NCBI GenBank assembly: GCA_038105035.1
Contig: JAYOBT010000004.1
Coordinates: 1,803-65,802, forward strand
Reading direction: 5' to 3'
Length of the DNA stretch: 64,000 nucleotides
DNA from: Candidatus Poseidoniales archaeon
GTDB taxonomy: Archaea > Thermoplasmatota > Poseidoniia > Poseidoniales > Poseidoniaceae
Shown here: positions 44,819 through 56,200 of the stretch, one piece after another
How positions within the stretch are numbered: the first letter of the stretch is position 1
Layout of the letters: the number at the start of each line of letters is the position of its first letter
Made by a program: the position numbers and the translations under genes
The notes under the pieces: model-generated
Seen by the model: only the letters and a program-made list of their open reading frames with translations
What the model was told of the DNA's origin: nothing
Databases searched by the model: none

Positions 44819-47353
44819 ATGCTCGGGCGTAGCATTGCAGTTGGCATGTTTGCCCTCATGCTGCTGGCTATGGTGCCATCTGTTCATGCCGACGATTCGC
44901 AGGCCTCCTCAAATTTGTTGACCGATGGCGTTTCGTCCAACGGTTATGTTTGTGACCCTGATGGCTGTTCACCCAACGATGGAACAGACTGGTGGCGAAT
45001 TTATGCCTACAAAGGAGACATCGTCAGTATTGCATTCTCCGGTTCGATGAGCAATGCAGCTTGGTGGTGTCCTGGTGATGGATGGGAAGGAGATTACTCG
45101 ATGCACGATGAATCGGGTTCTCAAGTTGCAACCATGGGACGAAGTGACGACAACCCATCTGGAACGTTGTCGAAGACCATGTCTCAAGCAGGATATGTTT
45201 ACGTCAAAATCAAAGGAAAAGATTCTTGGTGCAACGATGGATTTGACTACACGCTTCTTGCCTCCATCGACAAGACGGTTCGCGACACCGATGAGGACGG
45301 TTTTGTTGACTCCGATGATGATTGCGATTTGATTGTTGGAACGTCCACAAATGACCGACAGGGTTGCATCGATACGGATTCGGACGGTTGGTCCGACACC
45401 GATGCGGGATGGGATGTACAGAACGGTGCAGATGCTTTCGAAAACGATGCGACGCAGTGGCGTGATCGTGATTTCGATGGTTATGGCGATAACATTCTTG
45501 GTAACCAACCCGATCACTGTCCAGACAGCCGTGGATACTCGACTTCAGATCGATATGGCTGCATCGACTCAGATGGTGACTCCTATTCCGATGCGGACCC
45601 CGGTGGCCTCAATGGGCTCGAACCATGGTACGCTCATCCAAACGGTCTAGCGGATGCCTTCCCGCTTGAGGTTACGCAGTGGCAGGATACGGACGGTGAC
45701 GGTTATGGCGACAACTGGGATGACCCAATGTGGAATCAAACGCACTTGGAATGGGGAATCGGGCAGTGGCTTGAAACAGCATACCAACCCGATGCGTGTC
45801 CATTCATTCTGGGAATCTCATTCGCCGATCGTTACGGTTGCCCCGATGCAGACGGAGATGCTTGGTCCGATCCGGGCGAGAACTGGACGGCTGTCGATGG
45901 TGCTGATGCGTTCCCATTTGAGCCAACACAATGGCGAGACCGAGATTTTGATGGATACGGTGACAACCAATCCGAAGGTGCTCGGCTCATCGATGATTTC
46001 CCCGACAATCCGACTCAATTCCGTGATTCAGACTTTGATGGTTGGGGTGACAATCAGACCTATGGAGCCACACAAATCGATGACTTCCCAATGATTCCTA
46101 GCCAATATCGGGACAGCGATGGTGATGGATTTGGTGACAACCTCGCTGGATTTGAGGGCGATGTCTGTATGAATTCCAATGCTGAAGAAGTTGAAAGCGG
46201 TTGGATTTCGCGCTTCGATCGCCTCGGTTGTCGTGATGTCGATAAGGACGGGTATTCCGACCCAACCGATGATTGGATTTCCCATCCTCAGGGTTTTGCC
46301 GATGCCTTCCCGAACGATGCCTCTCAGTGGCATGATACCGATAACGATGGATTTGGTGACAATATGGAATATTTCGACGGTCAAGCATGGCGCCTTGCTT
46401 ATCGTGGCGATGGATGCAAAACCACCTACGGCTTGTCGACGTTTGACCGTTGGGGATGCCCAGATTTCGATGAAGACGGTTGGTCCGACCCAACACCATA
46501 CTGGCTTGCTAGTCCAGGCGGCACAGCGGATGCTTGGCCAGAGGACCCAACCCAATGGCACGACCAAGATGGTGATGGTCGAGGCGACAACCCCTCAGGA
46601 ACAACTGCTGATGTATGTCCATCGCAACCTGGAACTTCTGTTGGTCCAAGTTCCGGAGGCGACCGTTGGGGCTGTCCAGATACAGACGGTGATGGATGGT
46701 CGAATCTTGGTGATGCATTCATTCATGAGCCAACACAATGGCGTGACACGGACGGTGACGGCTATGGTGATGAAGCTGACGGAAATGAGGCGGATGCATG
46801 TCCAAACAGTCGCGGTACCTCAATTCTCGATCGATTGGGTTGCCGTGATACCGATGGTGATGGATGGTCCGATCCAACCGATGGTTGGGACGCTCATCCA
46901 TACGGTTCTGCGGACGCCTTCCCAACTGAAGCCCTGCAGTGGAAGGACAGCGACGGTGATGGATTTGGGGATGTTCCCCTCGGTGCACTCCGAGATGATT
47001 GTCCTGAAGAATCCGGAACCTCAACTCGCGATGTACAAGGTTGTGAAGACAACAACGGGGATGGTTGGTCGAACGAGTACGGAGAGTGGAATGCCGCCCT
47101 CGCAATTATGGGAGAAGACCCTGCAGCATCTTGGTTGACGTATCTCATCGTCGGTGTTTCATTCATTCTTGGTGCTTCGGCAGCGCTTGTTGTTCGTACA
47201 ATGCGTTCTGAAGACGAAAAGGCCTTGACGGAAGATTTGCTTGCAGTCAATGAAACTACTGAACCCGTCATGCCATCCAATACCGTCGAAATGGGATTGC
47301 CGGAGTTGGCGATACCACTCCCTCCACCACCTGGAGGTGAGAACGATGCGTAA
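44819..47353 (+). CDS. Surface protein with a pre-peptidase-C-terminal-like domain, about 8 double Ca-binding (TSP3-like) modules, a TM anchor and a Pro-rich tail
   Basis: Signal SIAVGMFALMLLAMVPSVHA. DGTDWWRIYAYKGDIVSIAF. Repeated GC-x-D-x-DGDGWSD...DAFP-x-[DE]-x-TQW-x-D-x-DGDGYGDN...CP-x3-GTS. TM helix LTYLIVGVSFILGASAALVV. Tail ends ...LPELAIPLPPPPGGENDA. Confidence 0.8.
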   Translation: MLGRSIAVGMFALMLLAMVPSVHADDSQASSNLLTDGVSSNGYVCDPDGCSPNDGTDWWRIYAYKGDIVSIAFSGSMSNAAWWCPGDGWEGDYSMHDESGSQVATMGRSDDNPSGTLSKTMSQAGYVYVKIKGKDSWCNDGFDYTLLASIDKTVRDTDEDGFVDSDDDCDLIVGTSTNDRQGCIDTDSDGWSDTDAGWDVQNGADAFENDATQWRDRDFDGYGDNILGNQPDHCPDSRGYSTSDRYGCIDSDGDSYSDADPGGLNGLEPWYAHPNGLADAFPLEVTQWQDTDGDGYGDNWDDPMWNQTHLEWGIGQWLETAYQPDACPFILGISFADRYGCPDADGDAWSDPGENWTAVDGADAFPFEPTQWRDRDFDGYGDNQSEGARLIDDFPDNPTQFRDSDFDGWGDNQTYGATQIDDFPMIPSQYRDSDGDGFGDNLAGFEGDVCMNSNAEEVESGWISRFDRLGCRDVDKDGYSDPTDDWISHPQGFADAFPNDASQWHDTDNDGFGDNMEYFDGQAWRLAYRGDGCKTTYGLSTFDRWGCPDFDEDGWSDPTPYWLASPGGTADAWPEDPTQWHDQDGDGRGDNPSGTTADVCPSQPGTSVGPSSGGDRWGCPDTDGDGWSNLGDAFIHEPTQWRDTDGDGYGDEADGNEADACPNSRGTSILDRLGCRDTDGDGWSDPTDGWDAHPYGSADAFPTEALQWKDSDGDGFGDVPLGALRDDCPEESGTSTRDVQGCEDNNGDGWSNEYGEWNAALAIMGEDPAASWLTYLIVGVSFILGASAALVVRTMRSEDEKALTEDLLAVNETTEPVMPSNTVEMGLPELAIPLPPPPGGENDA
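45284..47090 (+). repeat. Array of about 60-aa double Ca-loop modules (TSP3-like); the same module family occurs in CDS 1..2013 and 50225..56470
   Basis: Periodic DGDGWSD / QW-x-D-x-DGDGYGDN motifs. Boundaries are approximate. Confidence 0.7.
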
Positions 47354-48632
47354 GATGGCGACGTTCTTGATTCTGCTTTTCGTTGTACCAATGCTAAGTG
47401 CTGGGCAAGTCAGTGCAGAAGCCGATATTGGACTTGAAGAAGAGGGAATTACGATGGTTGCATTACGCAACGACACCCTCGATTTGAACCAAGATGGCGA
47501 CATTGACGCTGTACGGGTTGTTGTGATTCTCAACTCGACCATTGAATCGACCATTGTCGATGTTCGCCTCATTGCTACCCACAACGACAGAGAAGTCGTT
47601 GAGTCAACAACAATAGAAATTATTGGGCAGTCAAATGTGAGTCTAACATATGACGCCTGGTCACGTGGATCTCATGACCTCGCTCTCGGTTTCTACGACA
47701 TGAACGGGGTTGAAATATCCACCATCGCTTTGCCTAGTTACGAGATGGTTCCTGCTCTCCAAACACCAATGATTTCGCTTCAGTTCAGTGGACAGAACAA
47801 CTTGCAAACGGGTTCGAATTGTGAAATCAATCGGCTCTTTATGGATGAAACAGGCCCTCGTTACGGCGCGCTTGGGACGCTTACATTCACAGGTGCACCT
47901 TTCATTGTTCTCGACAATGCAACGAGCATCGATTGTTCCTCTTGGCCAGCAGGCCAGTATTCACTCCGCGAAACCTATCGCAATGAACTCGGTCAAACCG
48001 CTGAGGCATCGCTGAATTTGACGATTGAAAATCGTCCAGCACCAACCTTTGAACTCGTAGTCACTGGTGATGGATTGTCCACCGATCGTTCGTGCTTGAT
48101 CGCTATACAACCGACGAATTCCAATGAGGATTTTACTCCATATGCAAAGGAATGGGATGTATCAACAACATCAACCGTTACTAATGGTTCAGTGTACGAT
48201 TGTTCGGCACTCCCTGCAGGGGTTCATCTTGTTGTCCTCAAGGTTACGAATATTGAGAACATTGCAAGCACACAAGCCGTAAACATCGTTCGACTTCCGG
48301 CTGCTGAACTTACCCAAGAGGAGCAAGAAGCCCTGCCGAGCCAATCGTTTGGAAAGGAAACACCGACCGAAGAAGTTGGCTGGTATACGATTGCCGTCCT
48401 CGGTTTGATTGTTGCGATTGTCGTGTTTGTTTTGCTCGTCCGAATACGAGAAGACGATGAGTTGTTGACTTTACCCGAACTTGGCCCAGCGCCTCAAATT
48501 CTCAACGATGGTTCGCCCGATCCTCAAGGATTGCCAACCGTCCTCGATGATGAAGGTCAACTTTGGAGAAAACATCCAGACGGTTCATTGGATTGGTGGG
48601 ATTCAACCTACAACATTTGGCAACGCTGGTGA
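47346..48632 (+). CDS. Secreted Ig-like/beta-sandwich protein with a TM anchor and a WW-like Trp-rich C-terminal module
   Basis: ATG 47346 overlaps the upstream stop by 8 nt (alternative ATG 47355). Signal ATFLILLFVVPMLSAGQVSA. TM helix YTIAVLGLIVAIVVFVLLV followed by RIRED. Tail EGQLWRKHPDGSLDWWDSTYNIWQRW. Confidence 0.65.
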   Translation: MRKMATFLILLFVVPMLSAGQVSAEADIGLEEEGITMVALRNDTLDLNQDGDIDAVRVVVILNSTIESTIVDVRLIATHNDREVVESTTIEIIGQSNVSLTYDAWSRGSHDLALGFYDMNGVEISTIALPSYEMVPALQTPMISLQFSGQNNLQTGSNCEINRLFMDETGPRYGALGTLTFTGAPFIVLDNATSIDCSSWPAGQYSLRETYRNELGQTAEASLNLTIENRPAPTFELVVTGDGLSTDRSCLIAIQPTNSNEDFTPYAKEWDVSTTSTVTNGSVYDCSALPAGVHLVVLKVTNIENIASTQAVNIVRLPAAELTQEEQEALPSQSFGKETPTEEVGWYTIAVLGLIVAIVVFVLLVRIREDDELLTLPELGPAPQILNDGSPDPQGLPTVLDDEGQLWRKHPDGSLDWWDSTYNIWQRW

Positions 48633-48636
48633 AACG

Positions 48637-49512
48637 ATGGCTGACTGGATATTGTTTATCCTTCTCGGTTTGGGCGGTATTATCGGACTCCTCCTTCTCA
48701 ATGGTATTCGAATTTGGTGGACACGAGTCCGTCCTCGACAACCCAAGTTGCACGCAGACTGGGCATCAGATTGTGAATTTATCACCAGTGCTGAGTTCAA
48801 CGATTCAACGATTACATTCCGCAACGTCCGTGATTTTCATTGGCGAACGACGAGAGATCGGGATGAGAAGTGGGCTGATGAAGTAACGGTTGATTCGACA
48901 AAAGTCAAGCATATCTGGTTTGTAGTTGATCAATTCCATGCTTTTCGAGGCATGTCACACACCTACTTGACGTTCGAGTTTTTTGATGGAACGTGTCTTT
49001 CCTTTTCCTTTGAAACACGACGCCAGCGTGGTAAGAAGTATCATCCTTGGACAGGATTGTGGCGTTCGTATGAGCTCTATCTCCTCGTTGGTTTTGAGCG
49101 CGATGTGACTCAGTTACGAACGCACGGTCGAAACAACATCGTATCGATGTATCGTGTCATCACCCCTCCTGACAAAGACCGACAAATGATTGTTCAAATG
49201 GCTCACCGATTGAATCAACTGAAATCACGTCCTGAATTCTATCATACATTGTTCAAAACCTGCAACACATCGATTGTGAAAGCAGTGAACACCGTGACCC
49301 CTGGTCGTATTCCGTTTCTTTGGCGTAATTTTCTACCAGGTTATACTCCAAAGGCTGCTTTGAAATTGAATCTAATCGAAGACTGGGGTGGATTGGAGGC
49401 AACGATGGAAAAAGCACGAATCGACCAACAAGCCAAAGATTGGGATGAGAAAAGCGATTACAGCGCGTTTATCCGACGGTCGTTACCACCATCACCGTTC
49501 GATGAGCAGTAA
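48637..49512 (+). CDS. DUF4105-like (Lnb N-terminal domain family) membrane protein
   Basis: N-terminal TM helix ILFILLGLGGIIGLLLL. Recalled family features: ITFRNVRDFHW, MSHTYLTFEF, SFSFETRRQRGKKY, YELYLLVGFERD, RPEFYHTLFKTCNTSI. The family call is from memory only. Confidence 0.5.
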   Translation: MADWILFILLGLGGIIGLLLLNGIRIWWTRVRPRQPKLHADWASDCEFITSAEFNDSTITFRNVRDFHWRTTRDRDEKWADEVTVDSTKVKHIWFVVDQFHAFRGMSHTYLTFEFFDGTCLSFSFETRRQRGKKYHPWTGLWRSYELYLLVGFERDVTQLRTHGRNNIVSMYRVITPPDKDRQMIVQMAHRLNQLKSRPEFYHTLFKTCNTSIVKAVNTVTPGRIPFLWRNFLPGYTPKAALKLNLIEDWGGLEATMEKARIDQQAKDWDEKSDYSAFIRRSLPPSPFDEQ

Positions 49513-50115
49513 CAGGTCTCCTGAATCGGTTCGAACAGTAATTGACGACCCAATGATTTTGTTGGATATACCTCTTGTGCCTGTCGTCAATGTCTCGTTT
49601 TCGACCGAAAATTCACAACCTTCGATGGTCACACCAGTAACTGTTCCAAATGGTATCAAACTGATGGTTGAGTTCGGACTTGTGGTGATGGAGGTTGTTG
49701 ATCGTGGAACGCGACGAGCGTGCCAACCATCGAGAAGAATCGTCGCATCACTGCTGCACTCAAACAAGGCTGAGTAGGCCGCAAGGTGATGATCATAGCG
49801 TCCGATTTCTACGCCGACTACGTCGATTTCTGAATCTGGATATGTATTGTGAACCCACTCTAATCCTTTGGAAATATCACTCCGATGTTGGTCAGGTGCA
49901 TGAACGACGAGGACATCGGATGCTTTGCATTGTTCAAGAACGGCTTTGGAAACACTGTCAAGGTCGCCCAAAAGAGCATCAGGAATGATGTTGTTTTCGA
50001 CCAACCGATTTGCAGCACCATCGAGTGCAACAACCGCTTGGTACGCTCTACATCCATGAACAACATCGAATTGCTTAGGCCATACGCCGTTTGCAACGAT
50101 GAGCACTTTCGACAT
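49492..50115 (-). CDS. thiN: Thiamine pyrophosphokinase
   Basis: LIVANG...LLGDLDS motif and a C-terminal thiamine-binding beta domain (ISLIPFGTVTGVTIEG). Confidence 0.72.
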   Translation of the reverse strand: MSKVLIVANGVWPKQFDVVHGCRAYQAVVALDGAANRLVENNIIPDALLGDLDSVSKAVLEQCKASDVLVVHAPDQHRSDISKGLEWVHNTYPDSEIDVVGVEIGRYDHHLAAYSALFECSSDATILLDGWHARRVPRSTTSITTSPNSTISLIPFGTVTGVTIEGCEFSVENETLTTGTRGISNKIIGSSITVRTDSGDLLLLIER

Positions 50116-50196
50116 GGTGTGCCTAGTTTGTAGACATTCTTGACCTCATGGGTCGGCTTGAATGAATCAAATTTTGAGTCAAATGCAGACAATGGT

Positions 50197-50217
50197 TTAG
50201 AACGTTGAGTGTTCTAA
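50197..50217. promoter_or_regulatory. Perfect inverted repeat TTAGAAC-N7-GTTCTAA, 8 nt upstream of the giant-gene ATG
   Basis: Read directly from the sequence. The left arm overlaps a TTTAGA TATA-like element about 27 nt upstream of ATG 50225. Confidence 0.3.
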
Positions 50218-50224
50218 GAATGTT

Positions 50225-53200
50225 ATGCGCAAGGAGCGGACGCTTTGTAAATCGGTCCTTTCCTTGGGACTCGTCTTACTTCTGCTTGTCCAATTGATGG
50301 CTCCACTCGGTATCCAAACGATGACAGAAGAGCCAGTTCTTCCAGAATTCTCCCCCGTCATTTTGACACTTCCAAACAACCTTGAACACGGACACGATCT
50401 CGCAGGCCAAACCATCGATGTAGAGGGGATGACAGAATTGTTGGTTCGTTCGGATTCATCCATCGATATGTGGATGAGCGACGTTCTTGTAGCTGAGTCT
50501 GGCAACAACTTGAGCACACCCAGCGTCTACTTGGCAGAAAACGGGTCGAGTTACTCCTGCTGGATGAATGACCTTGGAGAGGTACGAATGGGTATTTACA
50601 GCGCTACGGGCGTCTTTTCGCATTCACTTATCGATACGGTTAGCACCTCGAATGGTCTCATTGGTTGCTCCGTCGTTGCAGACGAATCCTATCGCCCACT
50701 TGCTTTGTTTGGGGATGGGGCAGACCTGAAGATGGCTCGTTTGGCTTTTGAAGGTCAAGTGTACTCAGTTGATACCTGGCTCAAGCGTACCATTGTTGAG
50801 GATCTTTATCCCGAATCCATGACCCTTCGGCTCACAAACGAGGGGACTGAATTCGCAGTGGTCCGTACCTCCAATGGGGAGTTATGGCAAGTCAACAACA
50901 GTGGATTGCGTTGGTATCACAGTCTTCTTGACACTGGACCGGTTGGTGATGAAGTCGAATTGAACATGGATGAGTATGGCGTCGCCAACATCGCTTACAC
51001 TCGTTCGGGTGAAGCGGTCCGTTTGCAAGTCGATGGTCAACAGCGCACCGAACAGATTCTCGCTCGAGATACGAACCTGCATACAGCGATAGGACTCGAT
51101 CTCGATTTGAATGGGCTTGCTCAAATCGCCACAACATCGTTTGATTCGACACAGACCGAACTTTCCATCTTCAAGAGCCTTGAAGACCAATCGACTGGAC
51201 GACTCTCGAGCGAATCGATGAATGTGCATGCACTCTATCCAGATGTCGAGGAAGGTGCTGCAGATTATGGTGACTTCAACGATGACGGATTTGATGACGT
51301 TGTGTTTACACAACCGTCTGCCTCCGATAGCGGATTAAACCAGAATGGGCGCGTTGTAGTCCTCTTTGGCGGCAACGAGAGTTTCGATTCTTCAACACCG
51401 GTGGTTTTGAGTGGTACACAATCGCATGAGAGATTTGGTAGTGGAATCGCAATCGGAGAGTTCCTCGGAAATGGGATGACTCAGTTGCTTCTTTCCTCAT
51501 CAGGTTTTGACAACTCGAGTCGTGTAGCAGAAAAGAACCACGGACTTCTTTCGATGTATGAATGGAATCAAACTCAATTCGATCTCGTATGGAGTTCATC
51601 AGGAAACCACGAAGAAATGCTTGGAATGGATGTTTCACGTATCGATGACTTCAATGGTGACGGATATGACGATGTTATCGCACTGCAAGGAAATTGGAGC
51701 GATGAGACCTCAACCGGCAGATTGTCTGTCTTCGAAGGGACCTCAGATGGTCTTCAGTTGTCGCACAATATTACCGCAAACACAACTGGTCCGTTCTTTG
51801 GTCGTTCAATGTCAAGCGGAGGTGACCTCAACGGCGATGGCTACGGTGACTTTGTTGTATCGAATTCTGGAAACGAAGATTCGCCAACTGGTTATTCTGC
51901 CATCGAAGTATTCTATGGGTCATTGGATGGATTTTCAACAACCTCGGACCAAAGCATTCAGCGATTGGCTACGGGACAGTTGTTTGGAACGGTTGTCGAA
52001 ATTATAGATGACATCAACAACGATGGAATGGATGAATTGCTCGTTCAAGAATTCTCTCCATTGGGGGCTCCATTGTACAGTGGTACAGTTCACATGTTTA
52101 TGGGCAACAGTTCGGAGAATTTCTCCGAAACCCCTGATTGGACCAGTCAAGGCGAGGGCAACGAACGGTTTGGCTGGATGTTCGCTCCTGCTGGTGATGT
52201 GAACGACGATGGCTATGCCGACACGTTCATCGGTTCAGGGACAAGTTTCACCCCATCCGGTCAAATCAATTTGTATCTTGGTTCGGCAGACGGCTTCGCA
52301 ATGGCGGTTGAAACCATACGAACAGGCAGTCCCACGGACCATCTCGGCCTTGTAACGCTTGGAGGCTTTGATTCAAATGCAGATGGCGCAATTGAATTTG
52401 TTTATTCAACACGAAACGCAACCCGAGGCACAACATACGGCGTCGATATGATCACCGTGAGCAAGCAGGATTTCGATACGAGCCAATTTACGTTCCAAGG
52501 CGAGATGTCAGGACTCAAACTGACCACATCAAACCGTGGTGAGACTGCAATGATGTTCTCCTTGAATTCCTCTTCATCGCATTCTCTTGTTCATCTTGAG
52601 CATGTTGACGATGGCTCTCCAGGTGGTTCATGGGTCACTGAAATCTTGGGCACAGATTCTGCTCCATTCCAATTCCAATTCGATGTCACTGCTTCAGGGC
52701 AACCCAAACTGGTCACGCTCGAAAACATGAGCGGATATACGCATCACACGACCACGTCATGGACTTCTTTGCATCAAGAAATACGCACGTTCAATGATTT
52801 CGGAACATACCCAGCATCGGCCATTGATGCAAATGGTAACTTGCACATGGTCTATTCGCATCCAACCATCGAAAAACTGTATTACTCGCACGAGACTGAA
52901 ACGGGATGGGCATCGACTGAGATTCTCTCAAACGCCAACCTTTCTTCCTCTCCATCGTTGTGGTTTGATGGTGGAGACATGCACATCCTCTATCGTGATT
53001 CAAGCCTCGATCGACTCGAGCGAGCGACAAAGTCAGGGAGCAGCTGGTCAACCGCCACAGAGCTTGGTACTGGTGAGGCCGTCGGAATTGAGCATGTCAC
53101 GCTGAAAGTACCATCGGGTCCAACTCTGGTGGCAACAACCGTCAACAACTCGAGTGTGCATGAACTGCAAATACTCGACATTGACAACGATGTTTCGACC

Positions 53201-56200
53201 CCACTCACGAACTTCAGTGACGATGCATCGCAATTGGCTATGTGCATCGATACGGGCAATACCGCTGTGCTTGTTTCGCTCGATTCCAGTGGAGTTTTGG
53301 TCATGCATGAACGAAATGCAACGACCGGTTCTTGGTCCAACGTTTCCATGCAAGAACTTGGCGCATCAGCAGGGAATGACCTTTCTTGTACGCAACATGG
53401 TTCATCACTCATCTTTGCTGTTCAATCTGCTTCCGATGCTCTGTATGAGCGAAACAGTACAGGCCATTGGTCTTCCTTCGGCGGTCAACCGTTATCGCAT
53501 GCTGGTGGAGCATGGAACCTTGCATCAAATGGACCAGGTGTCCTCTTGATGACAACGACGCCAACAACAGACACATTGCGCATCAACACCCTTCATCTCG
53601 ACGGAAGGAGCGAGGATCGATCAATGTGGTCGTCGCATGAAATGAAGAATGTGTATACAAATGCGAACTTCTCAGCTTCAGTTGACACAAATGGCACGGT
53701 TGTCGTCGGTTACTATGATTCGCTTGATTTCGATGTTGAGATGTTGCGACTCTACACAGATTCTGACCGAGATCTTATCTTCGATCGCATCGATGCAATG
53801 CCAAACCTTGGTGAACAATGGGAAGATGCAGACATGGATGGATTCGGTGATAATCCAACAGGACCACTCTCCGACGATTGTCCTGCTTCATCTGGAATTT
53901 CATACTTCTTTGTGCAAGGCTGTGATGACTACGAACACGATGGTTTTGCAGACAGTATCGATGGGTGTGACACCAACAAAGGTCGTTCTGTGTTCGACAG
54001 ATTTGGCTGCCCAGATTACGATGAGGATGGCTGGTCGAACAACGATGGCGGTTGGGTGAACGGAGATCGTTTCCAACAAAATTGGAAGCAAGCAAAAGAC
54101 TCAGATGGAGACGGCGTAGGTGACAACTACGGTGTTGATTGCTGTGATGCTATCTTTGGCTTATCTGGTGCAGTTGAAACCAGTCCAGGTGATAAATTCC
54201 CTTACAATCCAAGGCAATACAAGGACTTCGATGGGGATGGATTTGGTGACAACGAGTCCGACACCTTAACCGGAGACTTCTGTCCATGGGACTACGGAAC
54301 CTCCTACAGAGATCGAAACGGTTGTCCCGATTCTGATGGCGATGGAGCAAGCGATGCAAACAGCATCGGCGGAATTAATTGGGGCATCGACCAAGGCGCA
54401 GACAAGTGGCCAGACGATCCAACTCAATGGGCGGATACAGATGGCGATGGTTACGGTGACAATGGAACCATTGGCGCAACTAATCCTGATTTTTTCCCGT
54501 ACAACATCGCCGCAGCTGATGATAATGACAGCGATGGATACCCCGACCGGTGGACTTCGTTGTACGATGGAACCAACGGTCAAGGATTGATTCTTGATGG
54601 CTGCCCAGGGGTGTATGGAACGTCCACCAACCCAACGCCGGGCTGTCCTGATAGTGACGACGACGGTTGGGCCAATACAGATGATGACTTCCCACTCGAT
54701 CCGACACAATTCCTCGATTTCGATGGAGATGGATTCGGTGATAATGCTTCAGGGAACAACGCCGATGAATGTCCATTCCAATTCGGTGTTGTAGATGGGA
54801 CAGATGGGGTCGGTTGTCCTTTGGTAAACACCGACGACGATGACGGCGATGGAGTATACGACGAGGTTGATTTGTGTCCAGATACACCACTGTTTGAAAT
54901 TGTGGACGCGGATGGTTGCGCTGACTCTCAACTTGATGCTGATGTTGATGGCGTCTCAAATGCCGATGATATTTGTCCAGAAACAAGCGAGGGTTCTACG
55001 GTCGACTCGGACGGTTGCAGCAATGAACAACTCGTGCAAGACAGCGATGATGATGGAGTTTACGACATCGATGACCTTTGCCCCGATTCAACCTTGGCGG
55101 TGGACGCAGATGGTTGCGATGAAAACCAGCGTGATTCGGATGGCGATGGTGTAAGCGATGGCGTTGACCTTTGTCCTGATACTGAGGCGGGCTTCCCAGT
55201 TGATTCCGACGGCTGTGTCGATGAAGATGCTCTCGATCAAGACCTCGACGGTGATGGCTATCTTGGTGACTACACCTTTGACATCGATTCCGAGACCGGA
55301 CTTCGCATCAACGAAGTTGGCGATGCATTCCCACTTGATGGGACGCAGTGGGCTGACCAAGATGGTGATGGATTTGGGGATAATCCACTTGGAAACAATG
55401 CCGATTTCTGTCCGACCGAGAATGGTACCTCCTATCTCGATACGCTTGAGATTGGTTGTGAAGACGACGGCGACGGTTGGGCCGACAACTGGGGTCGAGA
55501 CAAATTCCCCGGCGATCCAACGCAGTGGGACGATTCTGACGGGGACGGTTACGGTGACAACTGGGGCGACCCTACTTGGAACGCATCAAGAGACTCTGAA
55601 TGGCCTGGAATCTTCGTCGAGAGTGCATTATCACCCGATAAGTGTCCAGATTCCCCAACAACCAATGTCGATGATGAAGGATGCTCGAAGAGTGAGCGAG
55701 ATACAGACCAAGACGGCGTCAATGATCTTCTCGATAATTGTCCAGAGCAACCGAAAGGACCTGATGGGTACGATGACGGATGCCCACTGCCTGCTTCCGA
55801 AATTGATGACAGTGAAACGATGATTCTTGGAATGACGTTGCCAGTCTTTGGGGGCGTTCTTGCCGGAGGAATCGTTGGATTGCTCCTCCTTACCATTGTT
55901 ATTGGACGACTCCGAAACCGTGGTTATGATTTCGATGATGACGATGATGACGACGAATTCTTCGATGACGATGATGATGAGGATGACTTCTTCTCCTCGT
56001 TCCAAAGCAAACCAATGCCAAGCCGTTCAACTCCTGCGCCACGCAGTCAACCTTCCTCTGGAGGTCCTTCTGGAGGCCCTCCTCCATCGAGAGGCCCCTC
56101 CGGTCCAAAACGAGGTCCTCCTGGAGGATCACGAGCTCCTTCATCTGGTCCACCTGGCCGAGGACCACCTGGAAAGACACAACCAACACCTGCTTCCTCT

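Noticed and set aside
46179-47138. Long alternative-frame and antisense ORFs inside the repeat-rich adhesin genes. Examples are 46179..47138 (+, 319 aa), 44969..45517 (-), 46028..46567 (-), 46719..47105 (-), 326..754 (-), 55158..55823 (+) and 54266..54986 (-).
   Set aside because: They lie wholly inside much longer ORFs with clear domain structure. Their products are compositionally odd (M/T/V/H/R-rich) with no motifs. GAT/GGT/GAC-dominated repeats simply lack stop codons in other frames.
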